Part shown: in pieces, positions 36,574 through 49,926 of the stretch
Numbering within the stretch: the first letter of the stretch is position 1
Layout: each line of letters begins with the position of its first letter
DNA from: Lingula anatina
Lineage: Eukaryota > Animalia > Brachiopoda
DNA length: 64,000 nucleotides
NCBI GenBank assembly: GCA_051362555.1
Contig: CM120648.1
Coordinates: 14,070,587 to 14,134,586 of the forward strand
Direction: 5' to 3'
The notes under the pieces: model-generated
The model's database searches: none
Seen by the model: the letters and a program-made list of their open reading frames with translations, nothing else
What the model was told of the DNA's origin: nothing
Translations under genes and position numbers: made by a program

Positions 36574-36954
36574 ATATGTTTAAGCTATTCCTGGAATTCA
36601 TCATCACTGGTTTATCACAACTTTTAAGGTAATTTTCAAAACTGCATCATAAACCCTGCACAGAAATTGAAAATGAATATTAAGCAACCGTGGTGTATTA
36701 CTTATTTTTCAACCCTTGGGTATCCACGCTAATTCTATTCCCTTTTCTACATCGGATCAGTTTAAGTTACACAGCACTTCGGACACAATGCTCTTTCGAT
36801 ATATAAATTAAGTCCCCGGCGCTTCGTTTACATAGTCGAGCTGCCACTCCTATAGGCCCAATAGTCGAGCCCTGCAACTCAACTACTAGGGGTTTTTCGC
36901 CCTCACTAAGCATTTGTTAAATGTCAAACAACGATGATGTCAGTTTAAGAGTAA

Positions 36955-37169
36955 GGCTCTGTTCTCACAACTTTTAGATCGATCTATCACCGCGGGGAGT
37001 CTCACTAGATTACTGTCAGATAATCCCCCTTAAGTGTCCGTCCCCGCCTACTACAAGCTTTAAGGGGTAATTAACTTTCGTGTCCGCCCGGCTGACAGCT
37101 ATTTAGCGTGAACCCCCAGGGAGTTAGGTCGATCCAATGTAGGTCGATCTAATCTATGAGAATGGGGTG
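36955..37169. mobile_element. Family A2 MITE copy
   Basis: High similarity to 527-741; preceded by TAA. Confidence 0.75.
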
Positions 37170-38061
37170 TATGACTAACAGAAAATCACAATGGACAGTA
37201 AAATCAAAGGCGGAGGTTGTATTAATAAGACTATTTATACCAGTATTATACTGATATTGCGCCTCTTCGGTACCTTCTGCTGTTTGTTTTGGTGGACATT
37301 TTGATTTTTAGTGACAGTAAAATGCTTATAGATTAAATGTAGTCAATTATCCCAATGTAATTAGGCAGTAACAAATGCTTAGAGAGCAATGGGGATATAG
37401 CTAATGAACAAACCAAATAGTTGTACTAAAACCACAAATTCCAGACTGGGAGACGGTTACATCTGTGGGATGAGTCACTGACAGTACTCTAGCATGAATT
37501 AAGCAGCAGTGACAATTCTAAGAACAAAATCAAAATATTTCTGCTGTAGGCTTTATGAATAATTGATCTTTCCAAAGTTGTTATTCTGCGGCGGAGGACT
37601 CCCCCGGGACATTCTGCCCTGCAACGCCGGGAAATGTAATTAGAATGGATTGAAACGAACGTTAATGTAACCTGCCGCAGTTCTGGTGAGGGTTTAAGAA
37701 CTTGTTCACGTCTTTTATCTTTATCCGATCTGAGTTGGACTGTGTAACGTTTTATGGGCCATTATGGTCACTCATCATCAGAACTGTGGACTTGATTTCA
37801 GTCTTTGCTTTCATTACACCTAGCTAGCTACAAAGACGTTTTAAACCGGTCCCAAACTAGCCGAAGTTTAATCTGTCCAAGGTAAATGATTTTGCAACGT
37901 GTTACCTAAACTGGCGCGGTGTATTACTGTTATAATTAATTAAATTGTCGGCGATATGGTACAGAGGCTGTACATATTTCCCTCCAATGCACGTTTACCC
38001 CGCGTGCAATGTAGTACCTGGCAGTCTGTCACATTGGAAATGGTTATTGATAGATTTTAAG

Positions 38062-39873
38062 TATCCCATGCAAACGCCTTGAAAAACATTTTTATACATT
38101 TTTATTTTATTAAAATGATTATTGAGAGTCTTTGATGAATAAATAGTTCAAACGAGGAAGATTTATTGAGGTTTCCGTACGTCACAGTGTAGGGGAGACC
38201 GGGGCTAGTTGGCCCAGTTAGACACTTTTGGAAATGTAGAGCCAACTAGGAGTGGGTTAGAGTAACAAAACCGGTTTCAAAGTAAGCCCCATGAACTAAG
38301 CTACGTACGCAACGTCATTATTTTTCGAATATAATGCCAGGTAGCTCACAATTTGACAAAAAACGCAGTTGATGTCAAGGGGGCCAACTTGCCCCGCCAT
38401 GGGGCAAGTTGGCCCTAGGGTCGGGGCAAGTTGGCCCCCCTATACGAAAATGAAGTATATATCCCATGTAAACCCCTTGAAATACATTTTTATAAATTTT
38501 TAATTTATTTAATTGATTTTTGAGAGTCTTTGATGAATAAACAGTTCAAATGAGGCAGATTTATTGAGGTTTCCGTACGTCACGTTGTTGGGGGGGGGGG
38601 GGTATGTGTTGCAAGAACCAAAATATCTATCAATAAAATGTATTTTGTCTTAATTAAGAATAAATAAATAATGGCATAAAGAAGGTTTTTAATGAATGAA
38701 AACGAATAATAAATTTTCTTTTTAAAAGAAAGTAACAAATTCAGTTGTAAACCATTGAGTTTGTTTCAATAATGGTCTCTAGCTAGGGAGGGGTGGAAAA
38801 TCCCCTTGGGGCCACATATAACACTATAAATACAAAGGGAATCCCCTTACAATGAATTAAGGCAAAATAAATGTTTTTCTACGGAAAGTCCAATGGATTT
38901 GCTTTTTAATACTTACAATAAACAGAATATTTCTAATATAAATTTTCAAAAAGACACCAGAGAGAAAATTTTAAAAATCAATCAGACGGTAATAGACACC
39001 GGCAAGCTTTGTCAATTTCACCAACTTGTTTATTTCAAACAGCGTTGCGCGCAAAGGTTTGTAGGTAATATGAGGGTCCAACTTGCCCCGAGTCAAGGGG
39101 GCCAACTAGCCCCGGGTGCACATTATTTATTTTAAAGGATGGTAGCCATTTATGGTGCTAGAATGAGCAACGATGATACATCTATGTGAAACTTGAAACA
39201 ATGAGCTTCAGTTTGATGCCCTATACATATCTTATATTCGATCAAAAGCCTATGAAAATAGATTTTTAAATCTCTTTAACAAAATTACTTTCAGGTGCAA
39301 AAATCGTTTATTTCGACTCACCGCTTAAGTAAAACTTTTTAACGTCCGACACTTCCTTAGCATTGTAGGCTACGGTCACTTTGCAAGAGTATGTGGCCAA
39401 TTTTTTTACCTCGTAGTTACTTTTTCATAAATTGACGGGGGGCCAACTTACCCCGGGGTCCAACTAGCCCCGGTCTCCCCTATGTGTTGCAAGAATCAAA
39501 ATATCTATCAATAAAATTTGTTTTGTTTTAATTAAGAATAAATTAATAATGGTATAAAGCAGGTTTTTAATGAATGAAAACGAATAATAAATTTTAGTTT
39601 TAAAAGAAAGTAACAAATTCAGTTTTAAACCATTGAGTTTGTTTCAACAATGGTCTCTAGCTCTGTTGCGCGCAAAGGTTTGTGGGTAATATGAGGGTCC
39701 AACTTGCCCCGAGTCAAGGGGGGCAACTAGCCCCGGGTGCACATTATGGTGCTAGAATACCATTTATGGTGCTAGAATGAGCACCGATAATACATCTCTG
39801 TAAAACTTGAAACAATGAGCTTCAGTTCGATTTACCAACTTACCCCGGGGTCCAACTAACCCCGGTGTTCCCT
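38062..39873. mobile_element. Older, left-truncated family B copy split by insertion of a younger family B element
   Basis: 38062-38189 repeats 38460-38587; 39483-39873 repeats the rest of the family B sequence, ending in a decayed TIR (ccaactaaccccggtgttccct). Confidence 0.75.
38192..39480. mobile_element. Non-autonomous TIR element, family B (TA TSD, pogo/Tc1-mariner type)
   Basis: Perfect TIRs ggggagaccggggctagttgg / ccaactagccccggtctcccc, TA flanks, repeated internal ggggcaagttgg motifs. Confidence 0.88.
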
Positions 39874-40271
39874 GGTCTACTGAATAAGAAGATTTCTATG
39901 TTGATTAATACTTTCTATTGCTTTCATTCTGCGCTAAGCTAATTTCGTCCTATTTATCTTTGAAGATAAAAGTTACAACGTGTACCAGGTCAAAGAAAGA
40001 TTATAAGATTATAGAAAAATTAGATTTTAGGGTGTGAAAAAAGTAAAGTCGACTAGATACACCGAAGCGACTACTGCGTATACCTCCCCCTCCTAAACCC
40101 ACTCCCTGATAAGCAACTAATCCATCCTAGTCATTTTCGAGAACTTCGTGAAATATGGAATTTAAGTTGTTATAATATCACAATTTTGTTAAAGTACGAG
40201 TTGTGGTATTGCTGTAATTTTTGTGTAAATGTGTATTTGCATGTGCGTTTATGTGTAATAAAGCTATCTAT

Positions 40272-40573
40272 GGGGCCATTCAGAATAGATGATCTGAGTA
40301 CTAACTGGTCCGCTGACTAAATATGGCCGACCACACTTCAAAAGCGATGCCGCTGATTCCCGATGGTCTCCCATCCTCCACACGGGAGACCATCCATCCA
40401 TTAAATAAACAGATTAAATCTCGGCTCCGAGGTTTAATTGCTAGGCTCCTGCAGCCACGGCACATGTGGAGGCGTGGAGACCATCATGTCCAGAATTAAC
40501 TGCATCGCTTTTGAAGTGCCATATTTATTCGGCGGATTAGTTAGTATTTGGATAATCTATTCTGAATGGCCCC
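40272..40573. mobile_element. ~300-bp MITE
   Basis: 19-bp TIRs ggggccattcagaatagat / atctattctgaatggcccc. Confidence 0.7.
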
Positions 40574-42789
40574 TGTCTATCTATATTTTTGCCGCAAATA
40601 GTCACAGATTTAAGCTACCCCTAGGAAAATTTTCTATAAAGTCCGGATAGGAAATTGGCCCATAATCCCAAAGGGTCATCTAGGACGTCGTGAGAACTCT
40701 TTATGAAACTGTCCCAAAATCCTATAGGGTCTCATAGGGCATATGTCCTACATAGGAACCCTATAGGACGCCCGAAAAAATTACCATAGAGTTCCAAAGA
40801 ACACTTTAAGATTCCCATCGAGTTCCAAAGAGTCCTATAGGACGTCCTATGAGAAATGTTCATAAGTGTACTCATATCGCCACCAGAGCTGCCTGTGGCG
40901 TCGACATGCATTCTCAATTATAAAACATTCTGTGTAGTTAAGCAGCATCAATAATTCTGATGAAATCAATAGTTTGAGCCATTGGGATGCGTCGGCAGTG
41001 ACGGATTGGATCTAGATTGCATAGGCGAATTATTTAGGGAGGAGGAATGAAGTATATTGCTATTATTTGTAAATGTAAAAGGTCGATGCTGTCTGGGAAA
41101 GCTACGATTAGTGTTTCTCTTTACAGCGGTCCGTTTCGTTTCTACAGTGGTTAATATTTTGAACTCAGATACTCAGATTGTTTTTTCACCAATAGATTTA
41201 TTTTGTAACGTTTATAGACCTCCAGCGCTTTATACACATGTAACACCAATATAATGTACTACAACGTTTGCCCATGTACAGTAAATGGGGGTACTCTCCT
41301 CCCCATTTTCATCAACCGCCCCTAGGACAAGAAGCCGGTGCGGCTGGTGTGTAACATATTCTGGCCTTTTGTCATCGGTTAGTCAACGTGTTAAATCCTC
41401 ATCACGTGGGGAAGTATATATATATATCCTATAGCTGGTTCACTGCACTGTAAACGAAGTCAGCATTTGTACTATTCATCGAACATATTGTATTAGCTGA
41501 GATCTACTTTTCATAAACACAACTGGATTTTAAATATGGCGTACAACCTGTCACACCTAAAGCAGTGCCTATGTTACTATTCGAAAATGGAACAGATCTC
41601 AAATGGACAAATGAATGGACAGTGTATATTACAATATGCCATGTAAATGTAGAGCACACTTCTTCTTCGATCTCCATCTTTGTCTTTTCTGTGCACCGTG
41701 CAGTAACAATTTTCTATGCAGTTACTTTCCTTTTGTTTCTTAGGCCTTCCTCTACTTGACGTCGCGTGACGAGACCCCCGTCCTTGCAATGGAGGCGATA
41801 TGAGGGGGGGGGGGGGGGGGGTCCTCGCCATTCTTGGTGGTGGCAGTTAAATAGATTTTTGTAGCCCTGCTTGCCAAATCTCTCGCCTTTTATTACTTGT
41901 GCGTTTCAAGTCCTTAAAATCATCTCAAAAAGGTACATACATACATAGATGCGCATGTACTTTGCATATCCTAATTTGTCCTCTTCTGATTGTTTTACAA
42001 AGAAAATATGATTCTATGAATAGGCATACATGTATATTTTTACATTGTTTTTTTCAAAGAAAAATCAAAGAATAAATAACACACACACACACACACACGT
42101 CTATGTGGTTTCTGTCCAAAATTCTCTAACTTCGTATAACACAGCTTTCCAAACTTGGAATATGGCGTTTCACATGATGCAATTTCGGCAACTCACTCGT
42201 CAGTGACCTAGATCTGTCATTTTCTGCATATTCTAGGAGGTTGAGCTCCCACACACAGTAAAATTAAAATTATAGGTGAACCGAGTAACTACATACATGT
42301 GCAGTGCATTGTTTTTCTTCGTCCCAATAGTGCCCATGAAATATTGCACAGGTAATAAGCTTTTAATTAACTTAACCTTGTCCGCTGAGACTTAATAAGA
42401 CACAAGATGTAGCTTCACCTAATGTCCGAGTTGCTAAAAAAATTACCGATATATATATTTTATTGATATTTCAGTCTTTCCATTTCGTCAACAGTATTGT
42501 CTGCTCAGAGCGAAGTATTAAAGGACAAATCATCAACGTTTATATTACGAAAAAAATAGGAGGAGCATTTACACAGAGACAGGATTTTCTAACTTTGGGG
42601 ACAATTGAGCGTCCCAGCTATAGTTTTGGGTGTAATGGAGAGTCACGAAGGTAGAAGCCTCTATGTGAAGGAAGCCTTAGAACAAAAGTCTGTGGGATGC
42701 GACTTCTCTGGATGGGAGTGCGTTATGATGAAGTAGTTATTAATTGAATGTATTCAACGTTTCATTTCTTTCAGTTTATATGAACTCAC

Positions 42790-42885
42790 CTCTGAGCGGG
42801 TGTGCCGTGCTGGGTTCGCAGTCGTCGTGGCCATGGCCGTCCTCTATCCACGTACAGTTTACAAACAAACCAGCGTGAGCCTTGG
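42790..42885 (-). CDS. Alternative (distal) extracellular-loop-1 exon of a TMEM47-like gene
   Basis: tttgtcttcag acceptor, AG|gtgagt donor, 96 nt, phase 1-1; KAHAGLFVNCTWIEDGHGHDDCEPSTAHPLR has the GLF-x-x-C...C claudin signature; joining it to exon 3 gives D-W-Q, as in TMEM47. Confidence 0.75.
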
Positions 42886-43401
42886 CTGAAGACAAAATAT
42901 CAAAACAGTATTAACAACCTGCACCTCTGATATTTCAACCCACTGATCGTTTGGACGAGTGGGCCTCCAAACACTACAAATACTACAATGTAATCAAAAG
43001 TAAATAGTCAGACGGATAATGGAAAAAATTAGCTGAAGAAGACGCTGAAATTACCATTTGTTCTATCAGACTAACTTAAAAATTTACGTGGTACCTTTCC
43101 ATACAAAAGGCATTTGGCTGCAGCATCCAGCAGTTTCCCTTACTCATCAAGACAAACCTTATCCAAACCGATAACAAAATTAAGATATGCAAAATAGATT
43201 TTGAGGTACACCTTTCTAATTTTCGAAACACTCTCGTATTGAAGTTGGAGACTGGTAAATTTCACTATTTCAGAATTTTAGAGCAGGTATATTTCTCAAT
43301 AGTTGGGATCTATATACTTTGGCGATTAAGAGGAAACCGATTATTGAAATTGTTGACTATACAAAGGTCTAATGCATATTGGAGGCCTTTAACAATAACT
43401 G

Positions 43402-43498
43402 CACATTAGTAGTACGACTCTAAAACACATTAGTAGTACGACTCTAAAACACATTAGTAGTACGACTCTAAAACACATTAGTAGTACGACTCTAAAAC
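43402..43498. repeat. Perfect 24-bp tandem repeat x4 (cacattagtagtacgactctaaaa)
   Basis: Direct reading. Confidence 0.95.
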
Positions 43499-46400
43499 TA
43501 CCAACCAATTGCCACAAACCAGTGGCTAACGTCCCGTACTCCTTTAAGGATTTACATTATACTTGTGTGTAAAAATAACACCTATGTGCTCTTCACTAAA
43601 ACAAGATTGAAAATCTATAAAAGTGTTTTTAAAAATATAGATTGATATCGGTTAAGTGCTTCATTTTGTATGGCAATGTGTAAATAAACTAGAAAACAGC
43701 AGATATTTTACTTTTATAACGAAACGCGCATGAAAAGAAAAACTTTGACGAGAGGCGCACTGCATAAAGTGAATGAGTGGATTTCCTTTCAAAATATACT
43801 GCTAGACATATCTTGGGTATTTTCGTGCTCGCTGACATAGCGCTCTAAGAATTATAAACTCCGACTGTATCTAACCTGTACTTAACATGTGGAGGGGGCC
43901 CGGACTATACTAGTATGTATATAAAACTATACATTGTCTTTCTATAAAAAGCGACGATTGCAGACCCAATTTTATAAATATAGTATCAGAAGCTCATGTT
44001 TTCTTGCGCTTATACGGTAAAACGACCGAAATGTTTTTTGTCTGAACGCGCCTTTTACAGTCTAATCTTGTTTCTTTTCAATTTGCAGCGTGTTTATCTT
44101 ACCATATTTATGTTATATATATAATATATGAAGCTCATTAATGAAAAAATCGTTTTGTTTCTTATAGTAGTAGTATTAGTGGTAATTCCGGAATTAATCC
44201 ATTTTCTGTCCTTTCTATTAAATCTAAAACTAGGCTGGTACATTCTCCCAAAAATAGACTTTTCACAAATCCATACTATGTAACACTATATGTAACACTT
44301 ATCAGTTTTTTTAAATAATGTTTCATACGGGTTGCAATACAGACTGAGTTAATTCTTAGTCAACACTGAGCAATATGATTTGCCTCCAAGTTTTTCAATA
44401 ATTTTTATCTTTTCCCGCCTTAAAGAGAGAACTTTTGAGACCTTGCTTCTGGCTGACTGGTTAGCAGTGACCTAGTGTAAACACCACCTGATTTCATCCA
44501 TTCTCATAAAGGAAGCTAATTTGTCTCGCCTCAGTCATTTTTCTCTCTCGTCTGTGCATCCTTTCTTCATTAATATTTCAGAAAAGCAATCTACCGTCAC
44601 TACAGCTTTGCTTAGTAATTTGTCACTTCCAGTCCACATCGCCAACAGTATAAGAATGTTCTGATAATAGCATTTGTCAGCTTTCCATGGAATAATTCTT
44701 TTTCAACCCAGCTCCTAGAAGTCTGAGAGCTGTGTTTCTTAACGTGTTACATGTACATGTAGATGTGCCCGCGTGCAGTTTTACCGTTAGTGTTACGCCA
44801 ATATAAGCAACAAAAGGGTATTTTCTCTGGATATGAAGGACTTCATGATTGCCTGATTGTATATGTGTCAAGCAAGGTGTCATGTTGGAAGAATTCACAG
44901 TTTGGGCAGCGAATCAACATTATAATAGACGACCACAGCGTGGAAGTGATCAATACCTGGGTATATTCCGTCACTTGAAATCTACTGAATATTCTTTCCT
45001 TTTGTATCATATTAATTGACAGGTATATGACCTAATCAATGCTGAGTACTCTATTCTGCACGTATGCAAATGCAGTTGCATGGGCGACGCTTTTTGAATG
45101 CTCTAATAATTGCTGCAGCAAATTTATACCTTATGGCTTCTCATGAATATCTAATACTCTTTCGAGGCTGATGCAACGTGCGTAATCCATTCCATATTAT
45201 GCTAACTGCCGACCACTGCAATATAGGTCAAACAACATGTAGCAAAATTGATAACAGCGTACATCAATCAAATAACTTGACTCTATGATGTGATTAATAA
45301 TCAATTAATAATTATGAGAACTGTCTTGCCTTGGCAGAGGTCTGCGCTCTCCAACTGCGTCTCTTGTATGTAATAAACCTTTTTTTATGGAATGTATGTC
45401 CTCAACATATTTTGATTTAGTACGCTTTATTCAAGCCTGGCCCGAAATAGGACATCACGTTTTCTCTTTGCTCAGCGCATAACGTAATCCAAGATTCCAC
45501 GGTTTGTGTCAGATTTACGTATTACGTCAAAAAAAAAAAAAAAAAGTCCACATAATGCTCATTTAAACAGTGTATTTGTCGACGCTCGGAAACTTCATGT
45601 TTTACGTGAAGTCTCCAACTCTTAACTCTCCGAACTCCATAGCTAGCCTCCCCTTCCTCTCGAGCGCTCTCTTTATATCTCACTTACTATAAGCATAACT
45701 GACGCGATAGATACAAACATTGTTTACTAGAATTGCAGAGTGAATTGCTTTACATCAGTGTTGTAAAAAGAAGTCGCCATGTTACTCAAGTACTCTTGGA
45801 CGACAGCACGTTACATAATATGACCTCATAAAATATCTTTATTATCTTTATGTCAGATACGATATATAGAAACAATAAAATTCTTTACCTGCAACATTTC
45901 TGCAATCAAATCATTTCGTATAGTGGTGATCGGGTTAGTAATAAAATACGAATAAAATATCAGCATTTGACGGTCTGCACCTTAAACTTTCCAACCTTTT
46001 GATCATTCTCACTACCAGAACTCAGGAAACTATACTAGCCTTAGTCAAACTGCATTCAGGCAAGATAATATGATTTATTGATGATGGGAAATAAAAACGA
46101 AATAATTGCTTACTTTTCCACTAATCAGATCTAACTTTGAAGTCAAATTCTCCGAATAGCTATAGCGTGACATAATTTCCTCTGGTCAGTTCCATCTCTC
46201 CTGAGGCCAGTGACTCATATTGAATTTTTATACTTTAAACAACTGACAGTTGTAACACAATTACGGTAAAATAGTGCGTTTTAGAGGGCTCACCTGTCTT
46301 TGTGAAAGTATATATTAAACTAAGAGTATTATAATAGTATAATATACTTGTAGTAGTATTGGGGGCAATTGTTAATGTTTAATAAAATATTTTAAATTTG

Positions 46401-47016
46401 TTTTGATTCTATTTGTTTCAATACAGGAACTGCTTGATATTATCAATATTGTTCTATATAGAGTTAGTATATACACATAAGGTACCACTCTAATTAAAGC
46501 TGCATAGTCATCGGGATGATAATAATGGTTTCACTCCACGTCTGTATCGAACAAGTATACATTAAATGACTTATTACCGTTTCTATCTTTCTTTCCTTAC
46601 GAAGTTGGATATCGTAATAGGATCAAACAAACAGACAATACCGTGCTTATTTAAATTATCTCATTTGCGGATCATTATTCTAATGGCTTAGCATTAGCAT
46701 TGGTTCTTTACTGGTAAATAGCGAGTACACCCTGATTGCATTAAGGTTTCCAAACACCAAAGATCCGATGGCAATTTATACGGGTATTGATTTTCCATTT
46801 CCCATTTACACGACATCGGAGCTCTTTATCACATTTGCCATAAATACGTATACGCCTGTTGGATTGGCATAAGGTCCATATGTTTTAAATGACAATTCTC
46901 TATTGATGAACATGATTATGGTTTGGGATTCATTGATCTGCCACCTAACGGTTGGTGTGGAGGGATCGATTGGACTGCCCTCTATCAACAGGTGGTAAAG
47001 TTAAACGTTAATGTTT

Positions 47017-47562
47017 GAGCGGATTCTCAACGAATTAAGCCAGGCTTTACAAAGCCGGTGACCTAAAAATGGCGGACGTACATGAAAGAAAAACCGCCTA
47101 ATCTTTTAATAGTCTCTCCGCCTCTCACACGCCTCCCCACACGTCGTCCCTGCGGGGTACAGTAATTAAATCTCGGCTCCGAACATTAATATTTCCGTGA
47201 ATATCTCTGGTGATATTATCTCCGTAGATAGTCGATTCATTGCTGCTCTACGGGCCAAATTATTCCTTTTTCGTCTCTGTTTTCAAAGATAATAGAACAG
47301 AAGAGCTTTTTTCCTTCGATCGCCATCAGCCGCCATGCTTTCTTCACCACGAGTTTAACTGATGAGCATGCGCACTTAATATTTCTCAGGTAGCTTCCGC
47401 ATGGCGAACGGAGACGCGATTTAATTACTGTACCCAGCAGGGACGACGTGTGGGGAGGCGGAGAGACTATTAAAAGATTAGGCGGTTTTTCTTTCATGTA
47501 CGTCCGCCATTTTTAGGTCACCGGCTTTGTAAAGCCTGGCTTAATTCGTTGAGAATCCGCTC
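47017..47562. mobile_element. Fold-back MITE with ~155-165-bp TIRs, GAG...CTC termini
   Basis: The outer ~88 bp are perfectly inverted; TTT on both flanks. Confidence 0.85.
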
Positions 47563-49926
47563 TTTGATCTGTAGACTTAAGGTTTTTAACAGGCACTTGT
47601 TTGTAATATGTTAATAAGGCGACCAAATGGGTGTTTTTATTATAAGTGACAGGTAGTATAATATGCTCGACAAGACCTACTTTTCTAAAAAAAATCCAAT
47701 GAAATTATATAGTGATTATACAAGCGTAAATAAAAATTACATGATTTCTTATGAACACACAATTGCATAACTTCTTGCGGAGAACACTGTACTTACTAAA
47801 CAAAATTCAGTATGAAATTAAGTTCCTTTCAAAATAGTTAATTGACATGGTTTGAATTATGGACATTCCATAGTTGGCTGCAGTTGTACGCTGCGCTACC
47901 ATCCAGCCACAGTGAAACAAAATGGATAAAAGAACAGCGCTATACAGCTGCGTTTATCTCCGGTACGTAACCTACCTGAGGCCCAGGACACCTCCCCCTG
48001 GGGCCGACTGGCAGTGGGTTAACACGAGACCACTGCCTAATGTATTGCTCACATTGACCTCAGAACGAACCGCAAATAACACCCCGGCAGTGAGAGGGAT
48101 CTGACCAATTGCAATGTGGATGAAGCTACTAGATTATTTCACAAGTAGTATAATTGTAGCGTTCTAGTATTAAATTTGTTTAGTACTCTAGCATAATCCA
48201 GTATTCTTTCAACTCCCTTGCATTGTGCCATCTTTCCATACTATCTATATTTGGTGGAGTTATCTGTGATGCAGACGGCCTGGAAGTGTGCTATTTTGGT
48301 TCCGTCTTTTTTACATTGCTGGACGTATGCGCTATTCTCTTTAAGATTTGCATTACTTCCCAGAGGACTGAACAGTACCACTTGTTAGCGTGCTTGAACA
48401 ATGATAAAACAACCATCGCTAGTCCTCTTTATACTGTGCCCAGTGTGGTAGAAGAAGGGAATTAAAAGTGCATTCTTGCAGGAATATTGACTCGAATTAT
48501 CAAGAATATGTCTTTATTTAGGTGGTCAGCACCACTTAGCTGCCTGATTGTGTGAGCCCTGGGTAAAAACAGCGTAAGTTGATTGCAGAAAATTGTCATT
48601 GTATCGTACTCACTTGCATTTTGTAACCGTAGCACAGCGTTTTTATATGCTATTACCGAGATCATTGTTGCTTGATTGTTGGCCTTTCTGGTTAGTATGG
48701 TTTTTAGCTGGTAGATTTATATTTATACCGAATGTCTTATCATTTTAAGTGATTCTGTTGCTGTTCAGGTCTGTTTATCTATGCTTTTGCTCTCTTTCTT
48801 TACCTATACTTGTAAGCTTATCTGTTTCAAAGACGCTTCTTTTAACTATAAAGGTAAAGAGAGAACCTCATCGCTTCAACTGTCAACACCAGTCAATATA
48901 TAAAGATCCATCTGTGATATTCCCGTCAAAGCAGTCCATTGCCAGCCAAACTCCGAGTTATTTGCACCTGTAGCCTGATTCCCAGAAGGCGTTTTAAGAG
49001 ACATTAGTATATCGGAGTGCAAATAACTCTCGTAGCTAGCTTCGACCCAGTTGCCGGGTTCAGATGGAGAGGTGGATTGTTTCAGTGACGTCATTTGACA
49101 GTGTATGGTCGACTACCACGACTTATCCTTGGTTCAATTGTATTAAAACTAATTAGTTAAGTGAACCTTGTGTTTTAATAAAACACAAACATTATTAAGA
49201 CAGATCTGCATTACGTCTAGCGTGAATATTCCGCTAATAACAAAAAAAAGTGACAGAGACTCAGCTACCTCAAAGAAAAGAAATGGGTGATATTATATCT
49301 TAACATGATTTAAGTGTTAATCTCAGGGTTGTACGTGCTGTATTGTTTGGCTTATTATATAGATATTTGCTGTTATGATTATGTTTACTGCACTAGAGGC
49401 AATACAGTGTGGCAATAGAGAAATGCACCGATAATTGTACTCTATTTTTGCTGGACAAAATACTGGGAAAACAAACTTAACTTCTAAATGCTCTCAAGCT
49501 CAGGACCTCAAGTTCTCTGAGGCAAAATCATAATGGTAACCCGTCGGTATTTTAGCGGTTTTCAACTTAAATACACGCATTTCGTACCCTCACCACTTTA
49601 ACCCAACAAAGTTGTCTCAATTAACTTTATATCACCAGTTAAAATGTGTCTTCTTCCTAGAGTCAGCTTCAGTACATTTCCCCATTTCCGTTCAACACTT
49701 GCATGCACGCCATGTCACAGATAATATCCATGAGATACATTAGTACAGCGACGATGTACGCCGATCACTACATGAATGTTTGTGAAAATGATACCTCTTC
49801 ACATGTTGATCAGAACCGAAATAAATTGTAGACAGCAACAATTAAATAAAAATAATAAGACAAAATATTTCAATAATCTTACTACTGTGAATGTAAACAT
49901 AGTTTCAATGGAACTTAGTTTTGATA

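Noticed and set aside
20860-42885. Scrambled exon order or trans-splicing in the TMEM47-like gene
   Set aside because: A correctly placed ECL1 exon exists at 9024-8923, so the 42.8-kb exon is better explained as an alternative module
43010-43070. Minimal hammerhead ribozyme (CTGAAGA-AG-ACG-CT-GAAA)
   Set aside because: No valid stem I or NUH cleavage triplet could be built; CTGATGA at about 57239 likewise lacks the GAAA core
47930-48110. tRNA-derived SINE or ncRNA candidates (also 41280-41420 and 52560-52760)
   Set aside because: No clear A/B boxes, no cloverleaf and no second copy in the window to support a call
48462-48665. Missing distal TM1 exon (ATG...A|gtgagt, phase 1)
   Set aside because: The peptide MISVIAYKNAVLRLQNA has no transmembrane helix or conserved Trp; the hydrophobic ORFs at 50352-50561 and 62116-62298 also lack the family pattern and a suitable donor
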